From positions 640,001-704,000 of the forward strand of contig CAXXKA010000006.1 in assembly GCA_963668625.2 (NCBI GenBank): DNA of 64,000 nucleotides, read 5' to 3'. The notes under the pieces were generated by a model. That model was not told the origin of the DNA, did not search any database, and worked only from the letters and a program-made list of their open reading frames with translations. Source of the DNA: an uncultured candidate division Zixibacteria bacterium. Lineage in GTDB: Bacteria > Zixibacteria > MSB-5A5 > UBA10806 > 4484-95. Positions 17,966 through 27,166 of the stretch are shown here, one piece after another (within the stretch, counting starts at the first letter, position 1; every line of letters starts with the position of its first letter). Position numbers and translations under genes: made by a program.

Positions 17966-19888
17966 ATGCGTGTAACCAATAAAATGATGTCCGAACAAAT
18001 CCTGTACAATCTAGGGAAATCGGCAACCCGGTACCTGGAATTACAAAGTCAGGGGTCATCGGGGAAGAGAATCGGAAAACCCTCAGATGATCCGTTGGGT
18101 ATCACAAAAGATTTAACTTACCGTTCGCGTTTGGCGGATATAGGCCAATTCGGTCTGAACGTCACTCACTCTAAATCGTGGCTGGCTTTTTCCGACCAGG
18201 CTATCGCGGATGTTGATTCTTTGATAATCGATGCTAAAGATCTGGCGGTGCAGTTGGGCAACGACACTTACGATGACAGTGCAAGAGCAGCGGCTGCTAC
18301 CGAGGCTCGTGAGATATTCAATCAGATAATGGATTCGGCCAATGCCCAGTATCAGGGTAAATATATTTTCGCTGGATCTATTACGAATCTCCCACCTATG
18401 ATTTCAAACGGCACAGGCGTTCAGTATATGGGCGATTATCAGGATATGCTCGCCGAAATAGAGCGAAGTTCCTATTTGAAAATTAACACGTTCGCCTCAG
18501 AATTCGCAACCCAACAGGTTAATATCCTTGGCGAAAATGCGGATCTGAATCCCGGGTTGCAGCCCACGTTATGGCTTAGTTACCTCAATGACGGTAACGG
18601 TATCGATATGGGCGCTGGAATAATAGAGGTCAATACATTAAACGGCACATACAATGTCGATATAGGCGCCGCTAACCCGACAAATATTCAGGAGCTTCTG
18701 GATGCTATCAACGGCGCAGGTATCCCGAATTTAACAGCTTCCATTGGTGAAAGCGGATCCGGGCTGGTGCTCGAGGATACCTCGGGGCATCAGATTACGA
18801 TAGATACACCGCTTGATATGTTGAACAAAGGGCAGGGGGTCTCGCAGTCGCCGGGTACTTTCAGGATCAGAACCAGTGACAGCTCGCTGATTGCTAATAT
18901 TGATATATCGGCGGCGACCAATCTCGATGACGTGATCACCGAGATTAATACCCAGCTTGCCGGCGCAGGTATCAATAATGTTACCGCCTCGATACATCCG
19001 ACCGAGAACCGTCTGGTTATTACCGATACCAACGCCGCCTCATACGATCTTGTCATAGAGGAAGCTGGTGGAGGTACGTCAGCGGCCGACCTGGGTATTT
19101 TAGGCGAGATGCACGGTCAGTTTCAGGGCGAGGAATTAAATCCGCTGCACATACAGGTGAACGAATCTGCTGCGGGGGAAACCCTTGCGGAAAGCCTTGG
19201 TTTAGCTCAGCAAACAGAATTCGAAAACCTAGTCGGCACCGATCTTGATGCCGAGCTTTCCTATAACACGCTTATATCGTCGTTAAACAGTAATTCCGGG
19301 ATTGATCTGGGAGCAATTCGTATCGATAGCGGGCACAACTCGGTGACTCTTGATTTTTCGGTATTCGACAACGACCCGAATGCGACCGTACTGGATATGG
19401 TCGATATGATAAATCGTTCCGGTATAGACGCCAAAGCATTTTTGAATCCCGATCATAACGGGATCATGATCAAATCGAATTATGATGATAGAACATTCAC
19501 GATCACCGAGGCTGATTCGGGCAGAACCGCAAGCGCCCTCGGTATCTTCGGCGCCGGCGATATCCTGGGCAATATGTTGATCCTGGAAAACGCGCTGGAG
19601 AATAACAATGCCGAGGAGATCGAGGCGACACTTGATACGTTCGATAAAGCTCTCGACCAATTGCTCACGACCAGGGCAAGCGTCGGCTCGCGCGAGATAA
19701 GAGCACAAACCTCGGAAGCAAGATTGCTCTCACAGGAGCTTCTGGTTACCGATCAATTATCGCAGATCGAGGATGCAGATATGCTGAAAGTGATCTCGGA
19801 ACTGGCTACGGCCGAGGTCATGTATGAATCGGCGCTGGCATCCGCGGCCAGGATTATACAACCGACATTAATGAATTTTCTGAGTTAG
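17966..19888 (+). CDS. flgL: flagellar hook-associated protein FlgL with repeated insert domains
   Basis: MRVT, SSGKRIGKPSDDP, AN....GKYIFAG, LSQIEDADM, Y.SALASAARIIQPTLMNFL. Confidence 0.93.
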   Translation: MRVTNKMMSEQILYNLGKSATRYLELQSQGSSGKRIGKPSDDPLGITKDLTYRSRLADIGQFGLNVTHSKSWLAFSDQAIADVDSLIIDAKDLAVQLGNDTYDDSARAAAATEAREIFNQIMDSANAQYQGKYIFAGSITNLPPMISNGTGVQYMGDYQDMLAEIERSSYLKINTFASEFATQQVNILGENADLNPGLQPTLWLSYLNDGNGIDMGAGIIEVNTLNGTYNVDIGAANPTNIQELLDAINGAGIPNLTASIGESGSGLVLEDTSGHQITIDTPLDMLNKGQGVSQSPGTFRIRTSDSSLIANIDISAATNLDDVITEINTQLAGAGINNVTASIHPTENRLVITDTNAASYDLVIEEAGGGTSAADLGILGEMHGQFQGEELNPLHIQVNESAAGETLAESLGLAQQTEFENLVGTDLDAELSYNTLISSLNSNSGIDLGAIRIDSGHNSVTLDFSVFDNDPNATVLDMVDMINRSGIDAKAFLNPDHNGIMIKSNYDDRTFTITEADSGRTASALGIFGAGDILGNMLILENALENNNAEEIEATLDTFDKALDQLLTTRASVGSREIRAQTSEARLLSQELLVTDQLSQIEDADMLKVISELATAEVMYESALASAARIIQPTLMNFLS

Positions 19889-19897
19889 GAGGGGTAA

Positions 19898-20347
19898 TTG
19901 CCTAGTTTAAAGACATCCCGATTCGGTGAGATAGACTACAATAATAAAGATGTCATCAGATTCGTCAAGCCTATACTCGGTTTCAACGAATTATCTCGCT
20001 ATATCTTGATATCGCGAGCTGAATCAGAACCGTTCAAATGGCTGCAATCGCTGGAAAGCCCGGATGTCTGTTTCGTACTGGTGGATCCCCGACTGCTGGT
20101 AGATCAATATGAGGTAGATGTCTCCACTCACGACATAAAACTTCTCGATGGCTCCGAGAGCCAGGAAGACTATCAACTATTTGTAATAGCCACTATACCC
20201 CGCGGGCGTCCGGAGGAAATGTCGGTGAACCTGCAGGGGCCAATCGTGATATATGTTAAGGGGCTTACCGGCTTACAGATGGTTTTGAATAATCCTGAAT
20301 ACGAAATCCGTTACAATATCTTCCAGGAAAGTAAGTCCGCATCCTGA
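19898..20347 (+). CDS. fliW: flagellar assembly factor FliW
   Basis: TSRFGEI, I.F...ILGF, PFKWLQS, MSVNLQGPIVI, QMVL....Y. TTG start with GGAGG. Confidence 0.93.
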   Translation: MPSLKTSRFGEIDYNNKDVIRFVKPILGFNELSRYILISRAESEPFKWLQSLESPDVCFVLVDPRLLVDQYEVDVSTHDIKLLDGSESQEDYQLFVIATIPRGRPEEMSVNLQGPIVIYVKGLTGLQMVLNNPEYEIRYNIFQESKSAS

Positions 20348-20369
20348 GTATTTAAAAGTAAGCAGTTTT

Positions 20370-21119
20370 ATGCGAATCGATAAGTCAGGTATCGGTGATA
20401 GTATCATAAGCTATAAAGGGCACGGGATGATCGAGACGGCCTCACGGCTAAATTCGATCGGTCACGTTATTGCGCATGAAAATCGTCATCTTCAACAGTA
20501 CCGCAATCGAGCTATGTATCAGGGGAAGGAAATTACCTCCGAGGATATAACGGTTAAGTATGAATTCAGGGATGGCGTTTTAGTCGCGGTTGCCGGCGAG
20601 GCCAAAGCGACGATGCGAGATAAACCGGAAGATACGAGTGAGCAAAGCGATGTTCTGGAGGTCGCCAGGAACCAGCCCGTTGATACTAATGCTGATATCG
20701 GCAACGAGGAGAATAATAAAAAACAGAAATTGGATATACTACTTACACGTATCGACGCCGCTCTGAACAAGCTCGATTCCAAACTGGGAGAGAGTGAAAA
20801 AGAATCCGAATCGGGCTCTCGAAGCGAAAACGGTAATCTGGCGCAACTGCGACAGAAAAGAGTGGAACTGGAGCAAAAGCGTAAAGAGATAAACAATAAG
20901 AAAAACAAGCTCAATGCCGAAAAATTAAACGAGCTGACCGAGCAGTTGCTGGAAGGGTTGTCGGATCTGACAGAGCAAGCATCAAAGCTGATGAAATCTA
21001 TTTACGGGCTTAAAACCGGTAAACAAATAGAGCAGAATCCCGATAATAGTAATGAGCTGGAAGTACCAGATTACTCGATGTTGTACACCGGGATGTTGTT
21101 GGATACGATGATTTATTAA
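20370..21119 (+). CDS. hypothetical protein with HExxH motif (SprA-related-like) and coiled coil
   Basis: VIAHENRH...DG.LVAVAGE, long K/E coiled coil, C-terminal GMLLD. Confidence 0.65.
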   Translation: MRIDKSGIGDSIISYKGHGMIETASRLNSIGHVIAHENRHLQQYRNRAMYQGKEITSEDITVKYEFRDGVLVAVAGEAKATMRDKPEDTSEQSDVLEVARNQPVDTNADIGNEENNKKQKLDILLTRIDAALNKLDSKLGESEKESESGSRSENGNLAQLRQKRVELEQKRKEINNKKNKLNAEKLNELTEQLLEGLSDLTEQASKLMKSIYGLKTGKQIEQNPDNSNELEVPDYSMLYTGMLLDTMIY

Positions 21120-21135
21120 AAATACGAGGTTTATA

Positions 21136-22848
21136 ATGAATGCCGATGTCGTACAGGAGGAAAAAACCTCCGTGCTGGAAAATGCGAAAAGCGCGTTTCA
21201 AAATGAGGATTTTACTACAGTAATAAAATTATGCCGGGACTACTTGAACGTGTCGGAAAACGATCTGGTCGCCTTGCATCTTCTGGGAACTGCATATGCC
21301 AGGATGGGCGATTACGAGAACGCCGAGAGCATATTCAAGCGGGAGCTGAAGACCGACTCGAACCAGGCTGATGCTTATTTCAACCTGGGATTGATTTACA
21401 CTCGACAACAAAAATATTCGGATGCCACCGCTAATCTTGAAAAGGTGTTAGAGCTCAGGCCGGATGATTTGCAGGCGCTCAACGACCTTGGTGTATTGTA
21501 TTTCAACATGGGAGATACTGCCAGGGCCGGAGAGCATTTCACTAAAGCCTTAAAAAACAATCCGACATACAAAGAGGCATTCTTAAACGTTTTCGAGATA
21601 CTATGGAACGAAGGAAAGTATACGCCTGCTCTGGAGCACGCTTACGAATATCTCAATCAGCTTTCTCGTCAGGATAACGGCATGAAGCTGGATAAACCTT
21701 CGATGGAAAAGCCGGTCGTCCAGGTTGTTACGCCTCCTCCGGCAATCACCGAGGATACGACCAAAACGGATGCGTCCGTTATCGATGCGCCGGCAATTAT
21801 CTCCGCCGAGACCCGTCGCAAGACAAATTCTAAAATAGAAGATTTGTTTAATAAACACGTACCTGTAAAACTTCATGGGAAAAAAACCGGAATGAATATC
21901 GCAGTAGTGGCCGATTTCAATATTGCCGGCCAGTTAACCCAGATGTTCAGGTTGATAAACGAACACACCATTCATCGCGCTAGATGTATTATCGTACATG
22001 ATGATTACCTGACTTACGATAAAGATATGGTGCTGTCGCATAATAAGGAAGATGACTGGGAGGAAGCTCGTCAGATAATCGAGAATGCCGATTTCTTCCA
22101 TGTGGGGAGATTTCCGAAGCCACACCAGAAATTCAATCTACCGAAATATATCAGGCCGAAAAATACGATCGTGCAATACTTTGGCTCCGAACTGCGCCAG
22201 AACGCCAACGATATTTACAACTGGCATAAGCAAAACAATATCACCGGCGTGGCAGCCTGGGATTACACTATGATCGAAAACTCGCCGTTTTTCTATCATA
22301 TCAACATGATGTTCGATAGCTCGAAAATCAAACCGGCTCCCAAACCCGAGGGCACGATAAAAATCGTTCATCCGACCACGAACAGGAGTATCAAAAAGAC
22401 CGAGCTGTTTATCGAGGCGATGAGGAAGCTTAAAGGTAAATACGATGTGGAGCCTATCATTATCGAGGGTAAAACCAACGAGGAGTGCTTGAAAATCAAG
22501 AGCGAATCGCATATGACATACGACCAGATATCAGTCGGTATCTATGGAGTATCGGCAATCGAGTCGATGGCCGCCGGCCATGTCGTATTCGGTGGTATCT
22601 CTAATTTCGCCGCCAGTGTCTACCCGGACAACCCGATTGTCTGGATTACCCCCGACAATATCGCCGAAAAAGTCAAACACTATCTCGTCAATAAAGTCGA
22701 GATCTCCGAACGCGGATTAGCCGGGAAAGCCTGGGTGAAACGTTATCACGATCCACGGAAAATATTAAGACAACATATGTACCTTTACGACCTGGTGCGC
22801 TACGGCCACAGGTTCATGCCATCCCCGGATGAGCAAATGTTAGGATAA
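21136..22848 (+). CDS. TPR + GT-B (GT4-like) glycosyltransferase
   Basis: N-terminal TPRs (AYFNLGLIY, ALNDLGVLY). C-terminal IVHPT.NRSIK.T, DQI.VG.YGV.AIESMAAG..V. Confidence 0.8.
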   Translation: MNADVVQEEKTSVLENAKSAFQNEDFTTVIKLCRDYLNVSENDLVALHLLGTAYARMGDYENAESIFKRELKTDSNQADAYFNLGLIYTRQQKYSDATANLEKVLELRPDDLQALNDLGVLYFNMGDTARAGEHFTKALKNNPTYKEAFLNVFEILWNEGKYTPALEHAYEYLNQLSRQDNGMKLDKPSMEKPVVQVVTPPPAITEDTTKTDASVIDAPAIISAETRRKTNSKIEDLFNKHVPVKLHGKKTGMNIAVVADFNIAGQLTQMFRLINEHTIHRARCIIVHDDYLTYDKDMVLSHNKEDDWEEARQIIENADFFHVGRFPKPHQKFNLPKYIRPKNTIVQYFGSELRQNANDIYNWHKQNNITGVAAWDYTMIENSPFFYHINMMFDSSKIKPAPKPEGTIKIVHPTTNRSIKKTELFIEAMRKLKGKYDVEPIIIEGKTNEECLKIKSESHMTYDQISVGIYGVSAIESMAAGHVVFGGISNFAASVYPDNPIVWITPDNIAEKVKHYLVNKVEISERGLAGKAWVKRYHDPRKILRQHMYLYDLVRYGHRFMPSPDEQMLG

Positions 22849-22852
22849 AAAG

Positions 22853-23851
22853 ATGATTGAAGGTAAAAAGATTTTCTTGACCGGCGGCGCCGGATTCATA
22901 GGCAGTTCGATTATCGGTCGACTGGTGGACAACAACGAGATAGTCGTTTACGACAATCTCTCCCGCAACAGCCTGAAAGATTCCATCTTTCGTGATCATC
23001 ATAATATAAAGCTCATCCAGGGCGATATACTCGATTACGATAAGTTGGCCAGAAGTATGAAAGGCGCGGATGTCGTGATTCACCTGGCCGCTATAGCCGG
23101 AATCGACACCGTTATAAAAAGCCCGGTTAATACGATGAAAGTAAATATGCTGGGTACGGTCAACATGCTGGAGGCCGCCTCGCAACAGGATAAGCTGGAT
23201 AGAGTGATTGATTTCTCGACCTCGGAAGTATTCGGTGCGTATGCTTTCCGTAGCGAGGAAAACGACAGTACCGCTTTGGGCGCGGTTGGCAACGCGCGCT
23301 GGACCTATGCCGTCTCGAAGCTGGCCGCCGAACACCTTGCTTACAGCTATTATACCGAACGGCAGATGCCTACCGTGTCGATCAGGCCGTTCAATATTTA
23401 CGGCCCCGGCCAGATAGGTGAAGGTGCCGTGCATCACTTTATAGTTAACGCGCTGCAAAACCAAAATCTCGTCATACACGGTGATGGCGATCAGATTCGT
23501 TCATGGTGCTATATCGATGACCTGGTAGCAGGGGTCATGCTGGCAATCGAGAAAGAGAAAGCCGTCGGTAATTGTTTCAACATTGGCAATCCCCGCGGTA
23601 CGATCACGATTCACGGCCTGGCTCTGGCCATCATTAGAGTAGCTTACTCCAAGTCAAGTATCGTTTATATGCCTAAAAATTATGCCGATGTCGACCTGCG
23701 CATTCCCAGTATCACCAAGGCGAAAAAGCTGTTGGGATACGAGCCGAAGGTTGGCCTCGAGGAAGGGTTGAGAAGAACCGCAACGTGGTATTATGCAAAA
23801 ATCTTCAATAGTAAAACTGATAAAACCGAACATCTCCCGGTCGGCAATTGA
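22853..23851 (+). CDS. NAD-dependent nucleotide-sugar epimerase/dehydratase/decarboxylase (extended SDR)
   Basis: TGGAGFIGS, HLAA, STSEVFG, RWTYAVSK (YxxxK), RPFNIYGP, GDG.QIRSWCYIDD. Confidence 0.93.
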   Translation: MIEGKKIFLTGGAGFIGSSIIGRLVDNNEIVVYDNLSRNSLKDSIFRDHHNIKLIQGDILDYDKLARSMKGADVVIHLAAIAGIDTVIKSPVNTMKVNMLGTVNMLEAASQQDKLDRVIDFSTSEVFGAYAFRSEENDSTALGAVGNARWTYAVSKLAAEHLAYSYYTERQMPTVSIRPFNIYGPGQIGEGAVHHFIVNALQNQNLVIHGDGDQIRSWCYIDDLVAGVMLAIEKEKAVGNCFNIGNPRGTITIHGLALAIIRVAYSKSSIVYMPKNYADVDLRIPSITKAKKLLGYEPKVGLEEGLRRTATWYYAKIFNSKTDKTEHLPVGN

Positions 23852-24917
23852 GGCCGTAACGAGAGTTCTCGAATCGGGTAAGCTTGTCAACGGCCCGGTT
23901 GTCGAGGAGTTCGAAAAACGTCTGGCTGAGTACCTGGATATGCCGCACGCGGTGTGCGTATCCTCGGGAACTGCTGCCTTACATCTGTCGCTTCTGGCGG
24001 CGGATATACATCCCGGTGATGAGGTGATCGTGCCGGCGTTCACGTTTCCCGCTACGGCCAACGCGGTCGAAATGGTGGGCGCGATGCCGGTGTTCATAGA
24101 TTGCGAATCCGATGGGGTCAATATCGATCCGATGCAAATCGAAAAGGCCGTTAACGGTCGTACGAAAGCTATCATGCCGGTTCACGCTTTCGGAGTTCCG
24201 GCTGATATGGATAAAATCCTGGAGATCTCGTCAAAGCATAACCTGGTGGTTCTCGAGGATGCCGCCTGCGCGCTGGGCTCGAGTATAGAGGATAAGAAGT
24301 GTGGCTCGTTCGGAGACCTGGCTGCTTTCAGTTTTCATCCCAGGAAACTCCTGACCACGGGCGAGGGTGGGGCGGTTGTTACCTACGATAGCACTACCGC
24401 CGAACAGATCAGGAGCATGAGAAATCATGGCTGGGCAAAAGGCGATTACGATTACCTGGGCTATAATTACAGGATGACCGATATCCAGGCGGCGCTGGGC
24501 GTGGAACAGCTCGAGTCATACGATGATTTCATCAACACCCGCCGCCAGGTTGCCAGAAAATGCGCCCGTTTGCTCAAACAGATAGAATGGCTAAAACCAA
24601 TCCGCGTGAATGATGACAGTCACTGGAACGTACAGACATTGCTGTATGAGGTTGATGATGCGTTTAATCGTGATGAGGTAATCACTTATTTACGTAAGGA
24701 AAAGGTAGAAACCACCATAGGAACTTATTGTGTGCCTCTCACCAAGTTCTACCGTCAAAAATACGGTTACACCCCGGATGAATTTCCGAGAGCTTTTCAA
24801 CTGTTTAAACAGTCTATCAGCTTGCCTCTGTGGAATAAACTGGGTGATGACGAAATCGAAATGTTGCTTTACGCTTTGTACAAATTCACCTCGAGGAAGA
24901 ATGAGATAATGGCTTAA
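23793..24917 (+). CDS. DegT/DnrJ/EryC1/StrS PLP-dependent sugar aminotransferase
   Basis: SSGTAALH, GDEVIVPAFTFPATAN, EDAACALG, FSFHPRKLLTTGEGG, GYNYRMTDIQAALG. Overlaps the upstream gene by 59 nt. Confidence 0.95.
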   Translation: MQKSSIVKLIKPNISRSAIEAVTRVLESGKLVNGPVVEEFEKRLAEYLDMPHAVCVSSGTAALHLSLLAADIHPGDEVIVPAFTFPATANAVEMVGAMPVFIDCESDGVNIDPMQIEKAVNGRTKAIMPVHAFGVPADMDKILEISSKHNLVVLEDAACALGSSIEDKKCGSFGDLAAFSFHPRKLLTTGEGGAVVTYDSTTAEQIRSMRNHGWAKGDYDYLGYNYRMTDIQAALGVEQLESYDDFINTRRQVARKCARLLKQIEWLKPIRVNDDSHWNVQTLLYEVDDAFNRDEVITYLRKEKVETTIGTYCVPLTKFYRQKYGYTPDEFPRAFQLFKQSISLPLWNKLGDDEIEMLLYALYKFTSRKNEIMA

Positions 24918-24918
24918 T

Positions 24919-25896
24919 ATGAAAATATCTATCGCAGGAAATACGACATTCGCTTACTATTGCGCGGAGAAACTCTGTCGGGAGGGGATTAAAGTTGATG
25001 AGGTTTTTATACCCGAAAAAGGCGGCAATTATTTATTCGATTTTGTCGATTTCAAAAACTTGAGTGGCGAGTTCGATGTTAAGCTCATCAAACTTCCTCA
25101 AAATAAAACCAAAGAGTTTAAAACCGATCTACTGATAAATCTCGAATGGCCTTTGAAACTCGAACTACCGGTTAAAGCTAAGCTGGGATCGATAGGTTCC
25201 AACATGCGAGGGCAGTTCGATCGAGATTACCTGTTGGATATTGCCGCCGATATTTACAATGGCAAAAATAAAATGGAATTACAGCTGCTGTGGGAGAAAG
25301 ATGAATTGGAGCCGGGCGCGGCCGCTATCGACTACGAGCCGCCGTTTTTCAAAGTCATATCCTCACATTCGATAGAGATCAACCATCTGGACGATTTGAG
25401 ATCGGCTAAAACCAAAGCGATAACCGGTTATTTCAAACTTCTCACAAAATCTTTGAAGTATATAAACATTAATCAGGAGATACCCAGGCCTACCAATAGT
25501 GAGTTATCGATAAGCAGAGTCAAAGTCGATAAGCTGATAGACTGGAATAAAGGCGCAATATATTTGCACAATCTCGTTCGTTCTTTAACTCATCCGGGAC
25601 CCGGAGCGTATACGTTGTTCGGAGAGACCTCGACGAAAATCTGGCGAGGCCATTATTTCGAGCTGTCCGAATCCGATCATGATAATATTCAGCCTGGAAC
25701 TATCCTCGATATCATTGAGGAAGTAGGGCTGATCGTTAAAACCGGTCATGGCTCGTTCTTGGTAACGCGCGTACAATCGTCGGGCTCGCCAGAATTGCCT
25801 GCCTGGGTTTGGGCCGATCGCGAACATGTAAATTACGGCGACAAATTTGTGATGGAATATATCGAGCATAAGACCGAACCCGCGAGAGGTCATTAA
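24919..25896 (+). CDS. degenerate formyltransferase-like protein (Fmt/ArnA-type C-terminal domain)
   Basis: N-terminal MKI...G...FA..C. C-terminal IDW..GA..LHNLVRSLTHP.PGAYT...PGTI...KTG.G. No NxHxSLLP or DxG catalytic motifs visible. Confidence 0.7.
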   Translation: MKISIAGNTTFAYYCAEKLCREGIKVDEVFIPEKGGNYLFDFVDFKNLSGEFDVKLIKLPQNKTKEFKTDLLINLEWPLKLELPVKAKLGSIGSNMRGQFDRDYLLDIAADIYNGKNKMELQLLWEKDELEPGAAAIDYEPPFFKVISSHSIEINHLDDLRSAKTKAITGYFKLLTKSLKYININQEIPRPTNSELSISRVKVDKLIDWNKGAIYLHNLVRSLTHPGPGAYTLFGETSTKIWRGHYFELSESDHDNIQPGTILDIIEEVGLIVKTGHGSFLVTRVQSSGSPELPAWVWADREHVNYGDKFVMEYIEHKTEPARGH

Positions 25897-25898
25897 TT

Positions 25899-26126
25899 AT
25901 GTCAAGACTTCGTATTAACAAAAATATCGAGAGGACTGGACGTGAACAGGTAAAACTCGAATCTCGATTCGAACTTAACGTCCCCGGAACCGGCCGTCTG
26001 AGGACGAGCTGTAATCACGATAATTTTCACAAGGTCGTGAGACGGTTTCATGTCGTGTATGGAACGCGAAATGTTCCGGAAAATGTCGAGATCAAAGAGA
26101 CAATCAAACAGGGTGTATATGAGTAA
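25899..26126 (+). CDS. hypothetical protein
   Basis: 75-aa ORF with GAGG RBS that exactly fills the gap between two operon genes. Confidence 0.45.
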   Translation: MSRLRINKNIERTGREQVKLESRFELNVPGTGRLRTSCNHDNFHKVVRRFHVVYGTRNVPENVEIKETIKQGVYE

Positions 26127-26649
26127 ATGGAAATCTCACGGTGATGGCCGTGACTATAATGAAAAGCTAAAATCAATTGGCAAGGATGTCGTAATCGAGG
26201 ACGGAGTGCGATTGTATTTTCCTGAAAATATCGAGCTCGGCAATGACGTATATATCGGGCATGATACGATACTCAAAGCATATTTCGATAAAAAACTGAT
26301 AGTCGGAAATGGTACCTGGATCGGCCCGCAATGCTTCTTATATGCCTCCGGAGGTATTACAATCGGCGAGAATGTCGGGATAGGTCCCGGTGTTAAGATA
26401 ATGTCATCCGCACATATTACCAAACAGGCGCCCGGCCCGATACTTCATAGGCCGATAGAACACTCGGCAGTCGAACTCGCGGATGGTTGTGATATCGGCG
26501 CCGGCAGCATTATCCTGATGGGAGTACGAATAGGCAAAGGCGTTCAGGTAGGCGCCGGCGCGGTAGTAACAATGGATATCCCGGATTACTCGGTAGCCGC
26601 CGGTGTACCGGCAAGAATAATAAAAGCCCCCGAAAACGCGATGGTATAA
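26119..26649 (+). CDS. hexapeptide-repeat (left-handed beta-helix) acyltransferase
   Basis: IG.DV.I, GGITIGENVGIGPGVKI, GVRIGKGVQVGAGAVVT.DIPDYSVAAGVPARII. ATG 26119 preferred over 26050. Confidence 0.92.
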   Translation: MSKWKSHGDGRDYNEKLKSIGKDVVIEDGVRLYFPENIELGNDVYIGHDTILKAYFDKKLIVGNGTWIGPQCFLYASGGITIGENVGIGPGVKIMSSAHITKQAPGPILHRPIEHSAVELADGCDIGAGSIILMGVRIGKGVQVGAGAVVTMDIPDYSVAAGVPARIIKAPENAMV

Positions 26650-26652
26650 ACA

Positions 26653-27165
26653 ATGAAAAATCAAAAATTTAGTCAGAACACCAATGGTCGAAAAGCCGGC
26701 GTACAGAGCAGATTCAATTACGAGAAATTCATGCAACTGGCGCAAAACAGTTTCAATGTTAAAAAGTATTCGCGCGCGGCCGATAATTGCCGCCTGGCGG
26801 CGAATTTCGCCATGGCTCAAAATAATACTCGGGGAGCGGCCGAGTCATATCAACTGTGGATAAAATCCTTATTGAATCTGGGCAAACCCGCTGATGTCAA
26901 GAAGGTTTGTTGTGACGCAAGGAGCAAATTCGGCAATCATCCCGACCTGGTATACTACGAATATTTGTCCGCGCTCGATATAGGGGATAAAATAATCGCC
27001 GCCAAACTGGCTAGAGAATATATAGAGCTGACTAAAGAGATAGTAATTAACGAAAATTCGATTTTCGTTGATAATATAGATAAGCTCGATGAGGTGATAA
27101 GCAATTTGAATAACATTCGAACCGAGAAAATACCGGTAAGCCAAAGCCAGGAGATGGAGCATTAA
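26653..27165 (+). CDS. hypothetical TPR-like helical protein
   Basis: Operon-embedded ORF with Ala-rich helical repeats. Confidence 0.65.
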   Translation: MKNQKFSQNTNGRKAGVQSRFNYEKFMQLAQNSFNVKKYSRAADNCRLAANFAMAQNNTRGAAESYQLWIKSLLNLGKPADVKKVCCDARSKFGNHPDLVYYEYLSALDIGDKIIAAKLAREYIELTKEIVINENSIFVDNIDKLDEVISNLNNIRTEKIPVSQSQEMEH

Positions 27166-27166
27166 G

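Noticed and set aside
22814-23479. 221-aa antisense ORF and the many other ORFs nested in known genes
   Set aside because: Shadow frames of well-supported genes with no motifs of their own.
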